This document shows, piece by piece, positions 12,541 to 26,829 of a stretch of 64,000 bases of DNA. The DNA is taken from positions 1,082,641 to 1,146,640 of the forward strand of contig BCIN01000005.1 of NCBI GenBank assembly GCA_039545335.1, written 5' to 3'. Position numbers and translations under genes: made by a program. Position 1 is the first letter of the stretch. Each line of letters opens with the position of its first letter. Source of the DNA: Kondoa subrosea (taxonomy: Eukaryota). The notes beneath the pieces are model-generated. The model saw only the letters and a program-made list of their open reading frames with translations. It had not been told where the DNA came from and did no database searches.

Positions 12541-14885
12541 ATGGACGAGCAAGATTCTATTGCCTCATCTACTCAGCGAGCCTGGAAGCGACCAAGAAGA
12601 CAGCGCTCCCATTCTCTCATTGCATTCGAAGCCGAGCGAGAACGGAACGAAAGCTTGATCTTGCCAGTCTTGCACGTTGTCAATCTGCCTAAATCAACTA
12701 CACCTTCACCTGCTCAGCCTTTTGACCCGAATGATTCGGGCGTAGCAGCTAGCGAGGATTTGACAGAAGATGAATTGCGCACAACTTGCTGTCATTCTAC
12801 ACCTTTCGCAATTCTTGCACCTTGCCAGCACTCCATTTGGTATGTCAATCTTCTCTAGGTCTCACTTTGCTCATATTTTCGCTCTCAGTCGAGATTGCGT
12901 TTCAAACATCATCCGAGCTGTGGACCGAAGCAATCCTTATCAGCGCCCAAAGTTTACATGCTACTGCGGTGTTCAGCTCCTTGCATTGCTCGCTTTGTCA
13001 ATCGATCCAAAGGTCCGGCAGGTTCAAGTTTTGCGAGCTCGATTACCGCCTCAGCTCTTTGCCCAAACTACTATGGATCTACCTCGATTGTTTGCATCTC
13101 CTCAAGTAACATTGCCCAAAGTTTCCAGTCCCACACCAACGGAAGAGGTAAACGTAAAAGAAGAGTCAATTTCTAGATCAGAAGACCGCTTTGCGCTAGG
13201 TGTCGCAGCTTCGTCGAATCCGTTTGTAAACTGTCCTTTACCAGTTGTTCAGGTAAATGTCCATTTTCGAGTTCTTTGCTGCACTCAACATTCACCGCAG
13301 CTTGATGATTTGCCCATCAATGTAGTGAGTACATATTTGGCTACCAAATCGAAACAATCTGACCACTACTGTACCAGCGCGTAAAAGACATTGAAGAATG
13401 GCTGGGTCTTGAAGGGCCATGTTTACCTGACAAATCAACCCATGGTCCTGCTGTTCACCTATTGGTTACTTCAGACGGATCACCAAGCAAGACATGTTTT
13501 CTGGAAGTGGTCGATTTGCAGCACGCTCATCGTATTCAGGGCTACTCGCATTTGTTGCTCGGAGCGAAAGTCACAGTCAGCTTAGCTAGCGAAGATGATT
13601 TGCTTCGAGCGTTGTTTCCTCGTTCGATTGATTGTTTGTTGGATGGGGAATCTATTGTTTGCGTTCCGAAAGATCTTGCTCAGATGGTGTCTTCTGGCCT
13701 GAATGCTTGATTAGCTGCTGAATATGGTCTTTATAGTTTCAGTATTGCGAGAAACCGGTGAGTTCCCTGTCGAGCTTGATACATGATCGTGAGAATTTGA
13801 TTGGTTCTGATGTAGCCTGATGCCTTGGTCGATATGCCTGATCGTGCTCTGATGATGCTGATCAGCATGATTGCTAAGTGTAAGTCTATCTATTAAAGAT
13901 TGCGACAATGTGTCACAATTGTCGTAGATCCCTGGGCAGTGGAGAACTGTCAGTGCTCAAGGTAAGTCCTGCGGTAATAACTTGATTGCGATTACAGTTG
14001 CTTCTGCAAGTGCGATTGGGAAAACAGCGCATGGCAAGAATGGCTTTAGTATCGAACTGATCTTTCTGCTGACACAGGCTTTCAATAGGCGTACTCATCT
14101 TGCTCAAATTGTTGTTTGAATCTGCGAGTCTCAATATGGCCGAAGCTCTCGCGGCCATGCACGATTTGATCAGTGTCAGCGCCTTGCGTCGCATCTTTGA
14201 ACCTACTCAAGCTGCTCTTTGTCTGCAATGGTTTCGAGTGCAGTGCTTACCGCCTTCCTATCATCACCAGCGACATCAACGACAGCCAACAGCACCTCGA
14301 GCTCATCTTCTTCAGCCTTTGACTCTGACAGCTGCCCGAGGGCAAGCTTTGGTCAGTTTCGCTGGACACAAATAATCTGGCATGCTAATATCTGTCTGTC
14401 AGACGATGCATGAGCCTCCTTTTTCGCCAACACATCTTCCGAGTCCCACTTGGTCTGTTCACAGTGCACCGGCTCCGCCGACAAGGAGACTCAGTACTTT
14501 AGACCACCATCAGCCTATTCGCACTGGCGCATTGGAGGTCCATTTCGGTAACGGTATTACAGGCGCAGGGAACCACGCTTCTACTTTCATCCCAGGATCA
14601 TCAGCACCTTCTTCTCACCTCTCACTTACTCCTTCGCCTCGCCAGCCTGTTCCAAGACAAGCGCAATTCATGTTGAATTCTCCTCCTCCTCCTCCTCCTT
14701 CTTCCTCTTTTACTAGAACACCGAGATTGCGCCCTTTCTCGAGGCCATTCGTCCCTCAGCATCGAGCTGCCAACTCATTGCAGCAATTGCAGAACATTGC
14801 CGAATTGCCCTTATTATCTATCAGAGAAATAGCTGGTCAGCCTTTGGCAGGAAAAAGAGAAAGGTTTCCCAGTGCTCCTAGCTGA
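12541..14885 (+). CDS. Hypothetical protein with RING-like Cys/His cluster, divergent RRM-like domain and Pro/Ser-rich tail; 3' exons uncertain
   Basis: Spliced CCHSTPFAILAPCQHSICRDC...FTCYCG; VVQLDDLPINVRVKDIEEWL...VHLL...TCFLEV. A chain of GT-AG exons at 13690-14400 (ISMIAKYPW) links to ORF 14382-14885. Confidence 0.6.
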
Positions 14886-15266
14886 TGAGAGTAAGTGGGA
14901 TTTTCATTGCATTTTCATTTGTGGTGAGCTATCCCTTTTTGAACTTGAGGAAGATCTTGAGCTGACGGTGAAGGTCTATAGTCATATTTCCTCTCACACG
15001 ACCAGATCCAATCGACATTTTCTCAACGCATTGCATCCACACCACTTTCTCAACCATTGACATCCTCCAATCATCACTTCATCCAAATTACGACATTTCA
15101 TACAGCAACGCACATCAAGAGAAAGCAACAGTAGCAGTAGAAGTAGAAGTATCAAGGTAGTACAGTTGACTCAGTGCACGCAAGTGCAAACATTGGACTG
15201 TGCTAGCTCTTCATAGGCGATGATGCATTCAGTTCTAATTGTGTAATGAAGTCTATGCGTATTTCT

Positions 15267-16638
15267 CTATTTCTCGTTCTTTCTACCCATTTGAGACTAT
15301 CAATAAAGCGCGACAAGAACGAAGCAAAGTTGAAGCTGACCTGCATGAAATGTTGCATGAAAGCAACGAGCTTGTCTACTGCCTCCAATTCTATAGCGTT
15401 ATACAAAGAAGCCCGGATACCTGAAAGACAGATCAGCGGAAGCAGTACACCATGAAGGGGTGACACTCACCGCCGACCGACCGATGACCTTTGATCTGTT
15501 TGATGTTGACTTTGTCTGCTTCTGCAATAAACCTCTTCTCTTGCTCCGCTCCGCCAGCCAAAACGAAGACCACATTCATCCTACTCCTTACTTTCTTGTC
15601 GACTTTTGAAACATAGAAGCCTTGACTCTGATCAATGCATTCGTACAACTTGTTGGCTTTCTGTTCGTTGATTTCATCAATCGCTTGTACCCCTCCTAAA
15701 GCCAGCAAGTGCTCAAACACCAGCCCAGCTACGTAAATACAGAACATAGGTGGTGTGTTGTAGAGCGAATCGTTATCCGCTAGATTCTTATACGAAAGCA
15801 TTGCAGGGATTCTTGGTCCACCGAAAGGTACTGCTTCATCCACATCGACCAATAAGTCTTTTCTTACGAACACTAATGTTAGACCAGCTGGACCAATGTT
15901 CTTTTGAGCTCCAGCGTAGATGATGCCGAAATTGTGATTTGACCAAGGAATAGGTTTGGATAAAATGTTTGAAGACATATCCGCTACTATGGGTACATAT
16001 TGAAGATGAGGAGGAACAGAAGAAGGTGGTGAGATTTCTACACCATTAACTGTTTCGTTTGCGCAGTAGTAAATGTAAGCTGGTTTTGGATCATTAGGTG
16101 TTGACCAAGTCCAATCTGATTCTGGTGCAACAGATCCAAACGATTTCTTATCTTGACTCGACGTTCTTGAATCGGTAACGACATGTGGTGAAAGACCTAA
16201 ACGTTTTGCTTCGCCCGCTGCTTTAGCTGACCAACTTCCAGTGACGATATATTCAGCAGTTACAGGTTCATCAGGTTTCTGATCTTCTCGATGTTGCAAT
16301 TTGTACCATGCTAGTAGATTGAGTGCCGTCATACTGAATTGAGTCAGACCACCCCCTTGCAAGAACAAAACAGCGAAGTCATCTGGAATAGCCAACAGAG
16401 TCCTTAGATCACTTTCCGTTCTCTTGCACAGATTCATAAACGTTGAAGACCGATGAGAGAGCTCCGTCAAGCCTATACCCGTGTTCTCATAATCTAGTAA
16501 TCCAGCTGTTGCTTTCAATAACACTGGAGTGGGAAGACTGGAAGGACCAGCAGCTAGGTTGATTGTTTGACTTCGTAGAGAGGTGAGTAAGTTGCTGGAA
16601 GGTCCAGCCTTGATTTCATCTATGCTGTCGTCCGCCAT
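15267..16638 (-). CDS. SER1: Phosphoserine aminotransferase
   Basis: NLAAGPS, ELSHRS, DMSSNILS, AGAQKNIGPAG (PLP lysine), YNTPP, GHRSVGG-IRASLYNA. Confidence 0.97.
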
Positions 16639-17405
16639 GGCTACAAGTGTTCGTGTCGAGTCAACAGAGGTTGATTCCGAGCAGTGATGTCTAGCCACTG
16701 CCAGGTTGTGTCTTCTTCGCCTGGGTGCTTGTGTACTGCTAGCTGTGCCGCAGAACCTCAAGCTATCATGAAGGACTTGAGCCTGTCAGATGCAGAGCAT
16801 AAGACTTAGTCTAGGTCGATGTTTGCATATACGCGTATCATGCCGTATTGGTGCATGACGCCTCAGCTGCTTGCGCTGTCTCCCTTTTATATGTCTGTCA
16901 TTTCCGGCCCATCTCAATTTCTTGCATTACATACAGGGTTTCATGGCTATCTAGCCCATGTCCAATATGTACTCTCTGTCTCTCTCCCTTTTTATTCGTC
17001 CTTGCTAATACATGATGTATCGCTATTTCTTAGCTTTCAGTGTGATAGCGATTTCGTATTGCCAGTAAGCCGTGCTGCAGACTGCAAAGAAGATTCTCGG
17101 GTTGACTCAAATGAGGTATTCATGCTCGACCAATCGCACAATACCTACGTGCAGTTTCCAAGAGCTTTCCGTATTCCTCCCCTCCAGCTTATTGGATCAG
17201 CGAAGCAAAAGTACTATTCTTTTCCGACGAGCAAAATAAGAGGTTGAGGGATAGTCATCTTATTCGTTCCTCGGCCTGCGTTAATCTTTGACTCGTCAAG
17301 AGCTTACTTACGTCACTGCTTGTGCAATTCTCTACATACTTCATATCCTAACCTGCTTTTTACACTTACAATTTCATTTTTTTCACTGATTCCGTGCCAC
17401 CCGAC

Positions 17406-19719
17406 CTAATTATCAATGGCGGCTAAAGCTGTATCGATCAAGAAGCTTATATCCTCGCTACGGTAGTCATCCTTCCCGATTCGGAAGTTGTTATTCTCGA
17501 AGATCATGTAATCTTCTGCCTTATTGTATTCAGGCCAATTGAGCTTCGGACCTAGCAAGAAACGTTTTTTCAACTTAATTGTTGCTTACAATCTTGAAGA
17601 GCTTGGGACTTACTTGATCCTTTGTTTGGTGAACCGGTGCGAACGAAGTTGATGAGGTATTGTTGCATTCGATAGCTTGTTTCCAAGTCTGCTTCACGAT
17701 TTCCCAAAGGTGTTCTCACAGTTCTATTTAGAACGCCGAAGGTCTAGTAAACCAGAGATATTTAGTTCCGAAGTACAATTGGACAAGAGACGGAACATAC
17801 ATATGGAAGTTCGTTAGCATGACTGACACCGAATTCAATAGTCTGATTCTGAGGTACTTGATTGCTGGTTCGGAAGCACCAAGATCAGCATTCAGTGTTA
17901 ATCCATATGTTGGATTTCTGCTCACAATCTGAAGCTATACGCTGGAGCTCTGGCTGAATGTTTCTGAGCATAGTATCGGGCACCAGCATGAATATTGTCG
18001 GTGTATAACCAGTTGACTCGCTTGTCTTGTAAGCCGGTCGAAATGACGCCGTCGCCGCTATATGTTCAGATCATGAGATGATCAAAAGATCCCGGTCAAA
18101 GTACTCACGTGCCGAAAGGACAGCCAAGAGTATTGTTGTTCGGAAAGACAGACAAAGCGCGTTCGATAGTGGCATTGCTTGGATTTGAGGTCGCGAGGAA
18201 ACGCTCAACAACAGCCCTGAAAGCAGTCTCGTTATTGATCCCAGTCGGCGCACCAATGCCAGCTAGTGGATAGAATCAGTCTCTGGCCAATACAGCAAGG
18301 GGATAAACTCACAAGTCGCTTCATCTCTAGTAGCACCGAACATGACTGGAATTTGTAAAACTTTGTTTGTCTTGAAAGCTTCGAGAGAAGAAGTGAGAAG
18401 TAGATCTCCATCAGGAACGGGACCACCACGGAAAGTTGAATTCGGAATTGCTGAGTATAAGGTGTCATATGGCAACGCGCGCAAACATGCTAAATCGTCT
18501 GATCCAGTACAGCCAGTAATATTGAGCACTGACGATATCAATTTAGTCTGTTCAGTATTTGTGTACATGGCTAAAACTCACGACTTGCCCAGCCCGCATT
18601 TCTTGCGGAGGATGTGGATGATGAACTGATTCCTGAGCCACTCGTGGTCACGGCTCGAGCTATCAGGCCATCGTCTCGACCGCCATAGGCTACTATCTGA
18701 TTAATCACAGCAGATCCTCCAGCACTACAAAAGGATCAGAAGTGCGTCAGATGTGCAGCTGTGGTCTAGCACCTTTGACCCCAGATCGTAACTTGCTGTG
18801 AACGTAGAGTCTTTGAGAGTCTGCAGATCTAGTGTCCAGTCAGTGCTTACCTTTGGATCCCCACCGAACGCAGCGATGTTCTCGTTCACCCAGTGAAGGG
18901 CTAAGCGCTAATTACTTGCTATCAGCACATATGTGAGCAGAGACAAGTGTGCTTACCTGATCTTTAGTGCCCAAGTTGAGAATACCAGCTTTTTCGGCTG
19001 AATCACCAACTGGGAAACCAAATGCTGACAGTCGATAGCTGTGCAGCAGTATTTAGCAAGATAATGTGCACTAATTGTGTGCAGCTCACTTGAACGAGAC
19101 AAAGATCTGACGGAAAGGGTCAGTTTGACGCGAAAAGCGATTGGGTTCAACACCTACGATGGGTTCTTTCAATTCAACAGATCTCTGTACAATGTATGAT
19201 CCATTGTAACGAGGATCATTCGCTGTGCCTTGGCTGTTACCTCCCCCGTACACAAAATTTAGTACAGGTAAGTTCGAGTCAGCCGAAATGCCAGCGGGTC
19301 GAATGATGCTAATTGTGAGACAATCTTCGTCCAGTACATAAGGTTGATTCTGAGTCAAGTTTCTGGTAGACGAAGGACCGTAGCCTGGGCAGACATTGCG
19401 CCAGTTTGTTGCATCATAAGGTTCTGACCAAGTTGTGTTGACAGCTCGAGGGTTTCGCAAGCGCTGGAACAAAGCATCAGTGTCTCGTTTGCTGTCGCGA
19501 CTAAAGCGTGCTTACGAGATCACCAACTGGCGGTTGAGCATAAGGGATAGATAGGAACAGATCTTGCTGCAGACCAGCTTCATATCTGCCAATAATGGTT
19601 CCGTTCCTGACTTGCACGGAAGGACTGCTGAACATCTCTCGCTCAGTAAGTCCATGCTGCACAGGCGAAGCTGAAACAAGAGAGAACAATAGACCCAAAG
19701 CTAGAGTTGCGCGCTTCAT
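17406..19719 (-). CDS. Secreted type-B carboxylesterase / lipase
   Basis: Signal peptide; IPYAQPPVGDLR, EDCL, YGGG oxyanion motif, NYRL, AFGGDP, spliced GQSAG nucleophile. Confidence 0.93.
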
Positions 19720-20659
19720 GATCAAAGAGTTGTAATTTGAAGGAAAGGAAAGAGGAGCACACGGTGGGGCACCTATAAAGAAGGGCAATCGTTTTTACGC
19801 CGGTACAGATCATCGGCAAGGGCAGCGCGCTCTAGTATTAGTAGTCAACCTTGGCTTAACGAATTTGCCGCAAGGCAAGCATGAAATTCGACGAGAAGAT
19901 GCGCGATACACAGAGCTGAGATAATTTAGCAACACAGATAGAACAAGAGAGAGGTCGAGTGAAGTAACGAGCGAAGCAGTGTTGCGCCTGGGCGAAGTTG
20001 TTACGTAAGCAAGCCCATGCGGCTCTCGGAGCACGATTCCTCAACCACTGAGACGATATAGAGTGTAGTATGCAGTATCAGCTGCGCGACGAGCGATAAT
20101 TGACGCTTCCGGTGGTGACTGATCGTTTTGGTGCAAGCGAGGTTGATCTCAAACATTGGCAGTCCCTCGTTGTCGAGCCACTCAGAGCAAATATCAGATT
20201 AATACTGATCTTGCAGCACTCTTGCTTGGCTATGCAGGCTTCAGTCAACCTCAATTGTTTCTAAAGCTTTCATCGGATCTCTCGCTCTTCTTCATCAGCT
20301 GTACACCGCAAGTTGCATAATCTACACAGGCTCACCGCGCGATCCTCAGTCCTGCTCCCGTCGAAACTCAGTCGTGCTCACGTCGAAAGTTGTCACAGCA
20401 GTGAACGCTATACTAAATCTGCCTTGTGCGCCAACCTTGATATGACCTTGTCACGGAACTTTCTGCTCCTTACGACGATATTACCGATGCAGTGCTAGTA
20501 CACTATCTTACCAGTCGTGCTCTCCATATCCTGTCGGCCGTCTCGACCACAAACAGGGCACCAGCTTACATTGTAATCCAGACTGACTGGCCTGCACAGG
20601 CTGAATAAATGCTCTCTACTCTTCTATCATCCGTCTTCATATCATAGCACTTTGACGCC

Positions 20660-21612
20660 ATGTCCTTTCCTACATTCCCTATTTTCCCACCAGCGCAAGC
20701 TACAAGCACTGATACCATTGAAACACGCTTCACTTTTGCAAAACCACCTAGCACAGTATTCTCCCTGCAGAAGACGAACGCAAGCTTCTTCCCAAGTGAA
20801 CGATTCAAGAAGACTATTAGCGGATTTGGCACTTCTGATCTGATTCTCATATCATCCGACAAAGTGTCTTTCTCGGTACACAAAATGTACCTTCTCACAG
20901 CGAGCCCTCTTTTCCGGGATATGTTTGAGATTGGATCCAAAGACGGGCAACCGAGCGTCCAGATGCACGAAAGGGCTTATATTTTGGACCTGCTCTTGGT
21001 ATTCTGCTACCCTAGTGCACCTGTTGAGGTATGGGATCGATCAAAGGACAGCTTGGTAGAATGCGCAAAGGCAGCAGACAAATTGGGAATCGTTAGGGCG
21101 GTTGAGCATGTTGGAAGTACTCTAGCACGCATGTGAGTAGTATTCTCGATCGCAATGACACAATCCGCAAGCTTACTGCTATCGACAGATCTTTGGCTAC
21201 CAAATATCCAGTCGAGCTATACACTCTTGGCTGTCAAATTCAACATGGCGAATTGCAACAGGCTACAAAATTCTATGCAGCGGCTGATCCTGCTTGGATC
21301 CACAATTTCCGTAAACACGCTTCAGCTATGGGCTTGGCTAATGCATGTGAACTGGTAGGTTTGCTCCATAGTGAAGACGACTGAGTCTAATGTTCTGCAC
21401 AACAGCTCAACATTGCTTTACGAGAAAATCACATCCTCTTCCCAAGGGATGTATACTCGCAATGGTCTACTATCCTAGATACACCATTACTGCCTGATGT
21501 TCCCCAGTTTGGTGAACCTGCAAAATTAGCATTGCAATGTCTCCTCAGCATCCTAGCCGAATGTGGATGGATGGTCATTCGCCAAGCAGTAGAGCAGAAA
21601 GGGTGGCTATGA
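20660..21612 (+). CDS. BTB/POZ domain protein; 3' end uncertain or degraded
   Basis: SDLILISSDKVSFSVHKMYLLTASPLFRDMF...LLLVFCYP...AADK BTB signature; two further spliced exons. Confidence 0.8.
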
Positions 21613-22200
21613 ACTCACCTTTCTAGAGGGGCAGGATTGAAGGCATTGATTTGACAGACAAGCCTGAAGATGTTTCACTTGGATCGAGTAACCCATACTT
21701 CTGCCTGCCATGTATACAATAATACAAATCTTGTGCAATGTGACTAGACTGTAGGATGTTTTTCTTAATACTCAGATCAATAAGATGCCATATCGGTTGC
21801 ATTTTACCGAGCTTCAAGTTGGGTCGGACTCTTGTCTTGCCCGTGAGCTGCTCGTATTCGATCATTATTTTCCTTCCTTTACAGCTAGTGTACTGCCATT
21901 CTGTCCGTTTGTCTGTCTGGCCTTTACTCGCAAGCCTGAGCTTCTAATATCTTCCAATCTTTTGCGTATGAGACTTCTAAAATCGATTCTTCCCTTACGT
22001 TGTCATGGCAAGACAGCTCTTCGTCCGTCTCTTAAACGGCCACAATTCTTCCCTGCCACCCATTGGCAGGTCCACTGGCGGCTGTGCGTTGATATTGGCG
22101 CAGATGACATCTCGCTCGTAAAATTTAGCGGTCGATGATGGGTCGCTTCTTCGCTGAGCGAGGTGCTTTCCTCGTCCGGAGCAAGGATTTCAACGATTCC

Positions 22201-23687
22201 ATGTCAGGAGCGTCAAGACTGCCATTGCAATTTAATCAACCAGAACTGAACCTCGTGAGCACTCTCGGATTCAAGCAGGAAAGGTTTGCTAATCTTGCTC
22301 AGGGTCTGCTCAATCATACGTCCGTATGGAGACGTCTTCAACATGTAAGCAAGGCCGCATTATGATTGCCAGTCTCTGAACCGCTGTAGTTTTTCCTGCC
22401 TGTCATATACTTTTGGGAATATCCGTTCTTAACCTTTCTGGACTACAATCTCCTTTATGCTTGCTTTGAGTTGGCTCAGCATGCTCCGACCGGGTCCAGG
22501 AACAAGATCTGGTATCTTGCCTTCGCATCTTATCTGGTCTGCTCAATAGCTTCTTTCGCGCTGCTCTTCTATCATCTGTATCACTATTCTCATCAATGGA
22601 CAAGAAGACCTCCTATCTTGCCACTTTACCTTGATCGCAATGCACATAGATTCACCGAGATGTTCCGCAGCTACGACCATTTTTCATTCTTGACCCACGT
22701 GAGCTCTACGGCCTCTTGGGAAGATTGGATTTCGGAACATGCATACTGGAGTCGCCAAGGTACAGATCTTTTCTTCTGTCTTATACCTGTTGCCAATTCT
22801 TGAGCCAAACAGATTGGCCAAACGTTTCTTTAACACTCCTAAGAGCCATCATTGCCCTGGCACTTCTTCTTGCTCAGCATGTCTATAATAACCCAGTACA
22901 AGAAGAACCGAAGGTCGATTACGCTTACTTCGACTCAAATGCACGCATGTCCGATTTCCTTCTCTCTATCTGCCTCATTCAGCTCAGCTACGCTGCTCTT
23001 CGATTCGTTCTGTTTTCCTTATCACTACTCGTTACGCTCTTCGGTCCGGGCCGCGGCTATCGTTGCTCATGGCAGAAAGAAAACGAAGAACAGCATGCAA
23101 CGATGCTTCTCAACGATTGGCAACTCAGAACACAAGATCGTATTCGTTCAGCAGTGGACTTTTGTACCAGTCCAATCTCTCCTAGATCAAATGCAAGAAT
23201 TCCGCAACTACCTGAAATCAGTATCGATCGAGATCCTCTTTACACTCGTTCTGCAAGAGATTCGGAAGAAGCAGAAATGACGGAGAGAGGAAGCGATAGG
23301 CCAGGTCTGACAAGGAATGATTCAGAAGACTCGCAAGATGGGGATGTATCTGAGCAAGGCAGGTTCACTGAACGGTTTATGGAAAGGCGCAACTCGGGCG
23401 AAACGATCTCTGATAATGAGACAGATGGAAGATTGTCTACTATCGAGGAAGAAAGAACGTCAAATACATTCAGACTCAGTTCATTCAAACCAGAATCTCC
23501 TTCTCAACTCCATCACGAAGCAGCAGCTCGAACATCAGAAGAAACGCCTGGTTTCTCAAATGCGGCTTCGACATGGGCTTCACCTCGATCGAGCAGTGAT
23601 ACGAGCAAACCTACAATTCCGCTGGTTACATCGAAGCGAGGCTCGGCAACTACTTTTGGGCGACCCGACGACGAGGCAGAGCTGTAA
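22201..23687 (+). CDS. Hypothetical multi-pass membrane protein with disordered C-terminus
   Basis: Three exons joined by GT-AG introns give a continuous frame with about 4 hydrophobic segments. Family not recognised; start could be 22135. Confidence 0.6.
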
Positions 23688-23924
23688 CAGGTTTTGTGAA
23701 TAGATTTTATGTAGTCTATACAACGGGCTTTGGCGGTAGTAGACTTGTAACAGCAGGAACGAAGAAGCAAATACAAGGCCATTCGCGAATGCTTCGTATT
23801 ATAGAACACTATGTTGACACTTTGCACTGTACAAAAAGAGCATCGCCTAAACAAAAATTGGAACGCTCTTACATGCATAACGACCAGACATCCCTAAGAG
23901 TCCATTTTCTTTCCGATCCCTGTG

Positions 23925-26405
23925 CTACAGTCTCGACTGGGCTTGCGATGTCCGCGAATACGATAATGTTGTTGTCGTACTGCCTTCTGTCCACTCAGTC
24001 GTGCTCGCATTTGTCCATCCTGTCGATTCATGACCAGCTTCTAATCTAGTCGTTCGACCCACGAATTCAGACGGTGTCTGTTCTAGTTTGCTTTGCGAAG
24101 TTGCTGAAATACTGTGTTTAGGTAGTTCTATAGATGGACCAAGAATCGATTTGATTGGTCCTGCATAGTGCGAGTTGCCGTAGAAGATCCAACTAATGAC
24201 CATCACTTTAAAAAGGGCGATCAGCTTTTATCTAGGTAAAGTCTATCGAAGTAGAACTCACTGATGAAAGATATAATTGCTGTAATAGGGCCCCATCCAA
24301 ACGATAATGCAGTTATAGGTAGATTTTGAGGGAAACCAAAAAGGATGGTCATGAATGCTCCAACGGAAGTAGCGAGAAAGGAGACGGTTTTGCTTGATCC
24401 ACGTAATGTCCATCGCCAACGACCTTCTTCCAGTACATTTGGGTCTGCGAAGAGATAGATGAGGCAAGGCATTGCGTAGGCGATAATCAGACTTGTTCCG
24501 GCTGTGCAGTGCAAGGGCAAGGTTAGCATAAGCTTATTGACCGGATGTTGCGACGGCACCTGATGCTAAGATTAGAGCTCTGGTAATAGCTTCACCAACA
24601 GCAACAAAGAGAAGTCCAAGAAGAGTGAGGATGAGAATGAGTTGTACGGCGACGTAAGGTATCCGATGATCTGATATTCGGCGGATATAGTGACTGAAAG
24701 GCAGAGCTTTGTCTCGAGCCAATGCCCATGCGAATCGAGAACAAGCGAGGAGTTCTGCTATTCTATTAGTACTTGACATTCAAGATGATGCTCGAAGGCT
24801 TACGAGCTACCCCTTGGAAGAGCATGGCTATGAGGACGAGGATGAGTACAAAGAGTGCAACTCCTTTGCCTATGATACGGCATGAGGGTAGTTCTCGATT
24901 TTCCAGCAACAACTCACTCATATTGGCTATCAGAATCGAGCCAGGTGTAAAAGCTGATTCTTGCGCTACTTCCGGTACGCAAGCGAAGATAACACATATC
25001 GACTGTCATAGCAGACTCTCAGGTCTGAACCAATGGCAATGGTCCGAAATCACGCACTATCCACCCGAGCAGATACGAAATCACAGTACTCCAGAACAAT
25101 GCCAGCGGTACAGCTTTTGATGGGTCTTTGGTCTCTTCAGCCATATGAGCAGCAACATCTTGCCCGGTAGCTATGCACGTTCCGATCCAATTGACGAGAT
25201 AAACGATTTGAGGACTATTGAAGTTTGTGTGGTTGATAGTATCTCCAAATACTCGACTTGCTGGTAATTTATCTCGAGTCGATACAGACAGACTGATGAC
25301 CATTACCAAGAACGCGACGATAATCTCAAGTGCTGTAGAAATATTGACTCAACACGTGCAAGTCACAATGGATTTAAACAAATATTACGTACCGACGATT
25401 TTCCATAGATAAGGACTCCGAGAAATTGGCAAGGAAGCGATGACGGCGCATAAACAAATTTCAGCACTGCCTATTCCTATGCTTTTCCATATCGTTCGAT
25501 GATATTCATCCATGTATAGTACGAGAGTGCCTTGCATAACAGTAGCAAATTGATATGCAAGTAAGATTTGCGTGAAGACTGGAGTTTTGAGTTCCCGTTG
25601 AGAACGTACGTACGATAGAGACAATAGTCTTGAAATAGAACTCACGATGACCTATAAAGAGAAACGACCCATTGACCCAGGATAAGAACCTCGCGTATCT
25701 CTTCAGTCCAGGTGCAGCTCTACATAGTTTCCAAGTCCAAGTAAACATTGCACCACAAACAGGGAAAGCGGAAGCGAATTCAGCCAAACTTGCAGACATG
25801 ATCACTATTGCTATTCCTCCTAAAGGCCAACCCAAAGCAAAAGGTGCTGAACCACCCATATGACCGGAAGTAATCACTCCAAACAGTGTGCCTTGTAAGA
25901 AACCAATATTGGCCAAACAAACTCCAAAGAGGGAATAAACATCATGATCTCTTTTCAATTCATCAGGATAGCCTAATTGATCTAATATCTTGTATTGTTC
26001 TTGTTCTGATCTGTTTGTAGGAATGGATTTGAGGGAATCAGTCTCATCAATGCCAAGAACTGGTAAAGCTAGAATCGAAGTAGGTGTCGTTTGCTGATGC
26101 TGTTTCTTGCGCCAGCGCTTGGGTGATCTGATATTAGATAAGAGACCACGACGAGAACTAGGCGTGCTTGAGAGAGAATGACCTGATAGAGTGCTAAAAG
26201 ATTGGTCGGCTTCTGAACCGTTGATTGGTCTTTCGTTCAAAGACAGAGCAGGAGTAGAGGAAGAGTCCAGAAAGCGAACAGAAGAGGAAGAAGGTGTTGA
26301 TGCCAACGGACTACCCTCGGTGACGATTAGATTCGGCGTTTGTGCTCCATCTTCTGATAAGCCCGGAGAGGGAATAGCTTGATCTTGTGCTTCCGTTGAG
26401 ACCAT
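23925..26405 (-). CDS. APC-superfamily amino acid/choline/GABA-type permease
   Basis: LGYPDELKR, SLAEFASAFPVCGAMFTW, AHMAEETKDPSKAVP, SRFAWALARDKALPFS, HYAGP; many TM helices. Confidence 0.9.
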
Positions 26406-26829
26406 GCTCCAGATAAAGACCGACGTCGCTTGTCCCAAGCACGACAGACCCTCTCTCTATCGCTACCCCAGATTTGACCAGCGCCCACAAAGCAGCGGGA
26501 GATAAGCGTATTGGATCCTTTTATGCAGGAAAGGGGTATGCCTTCAGCTACGAGAGGCTGTGGTATCGAGCATTCTTGTTGCAGGGAGAGGAAGAGGAAG
26601 AGAGAGAAGAGTCTGGACCGCGAGCGAGACATAGCAAAGTGAGCATGATTGTGATTTCACTTATCCCATCTTTCAGACCGAGAGCTTCAGCTTATTCTCC
26701 CAAGGTAAGGGCACAGGTTGCTCACTACTATATCACCCTAACAAGACTGGATTTAAGACATTCCCATTTGATATCCCTTTGCAGCAATTTCTGGTCTGCG
26801 CGTGTGCACCTCAAGGGTATGAACGAACC

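Noticed and set aside
23851..23866. AAAATTGGAACG resembles part of U6 snRNA
   Set aside because: No ACAGAGA box or other U6 sequence follows; chance match.
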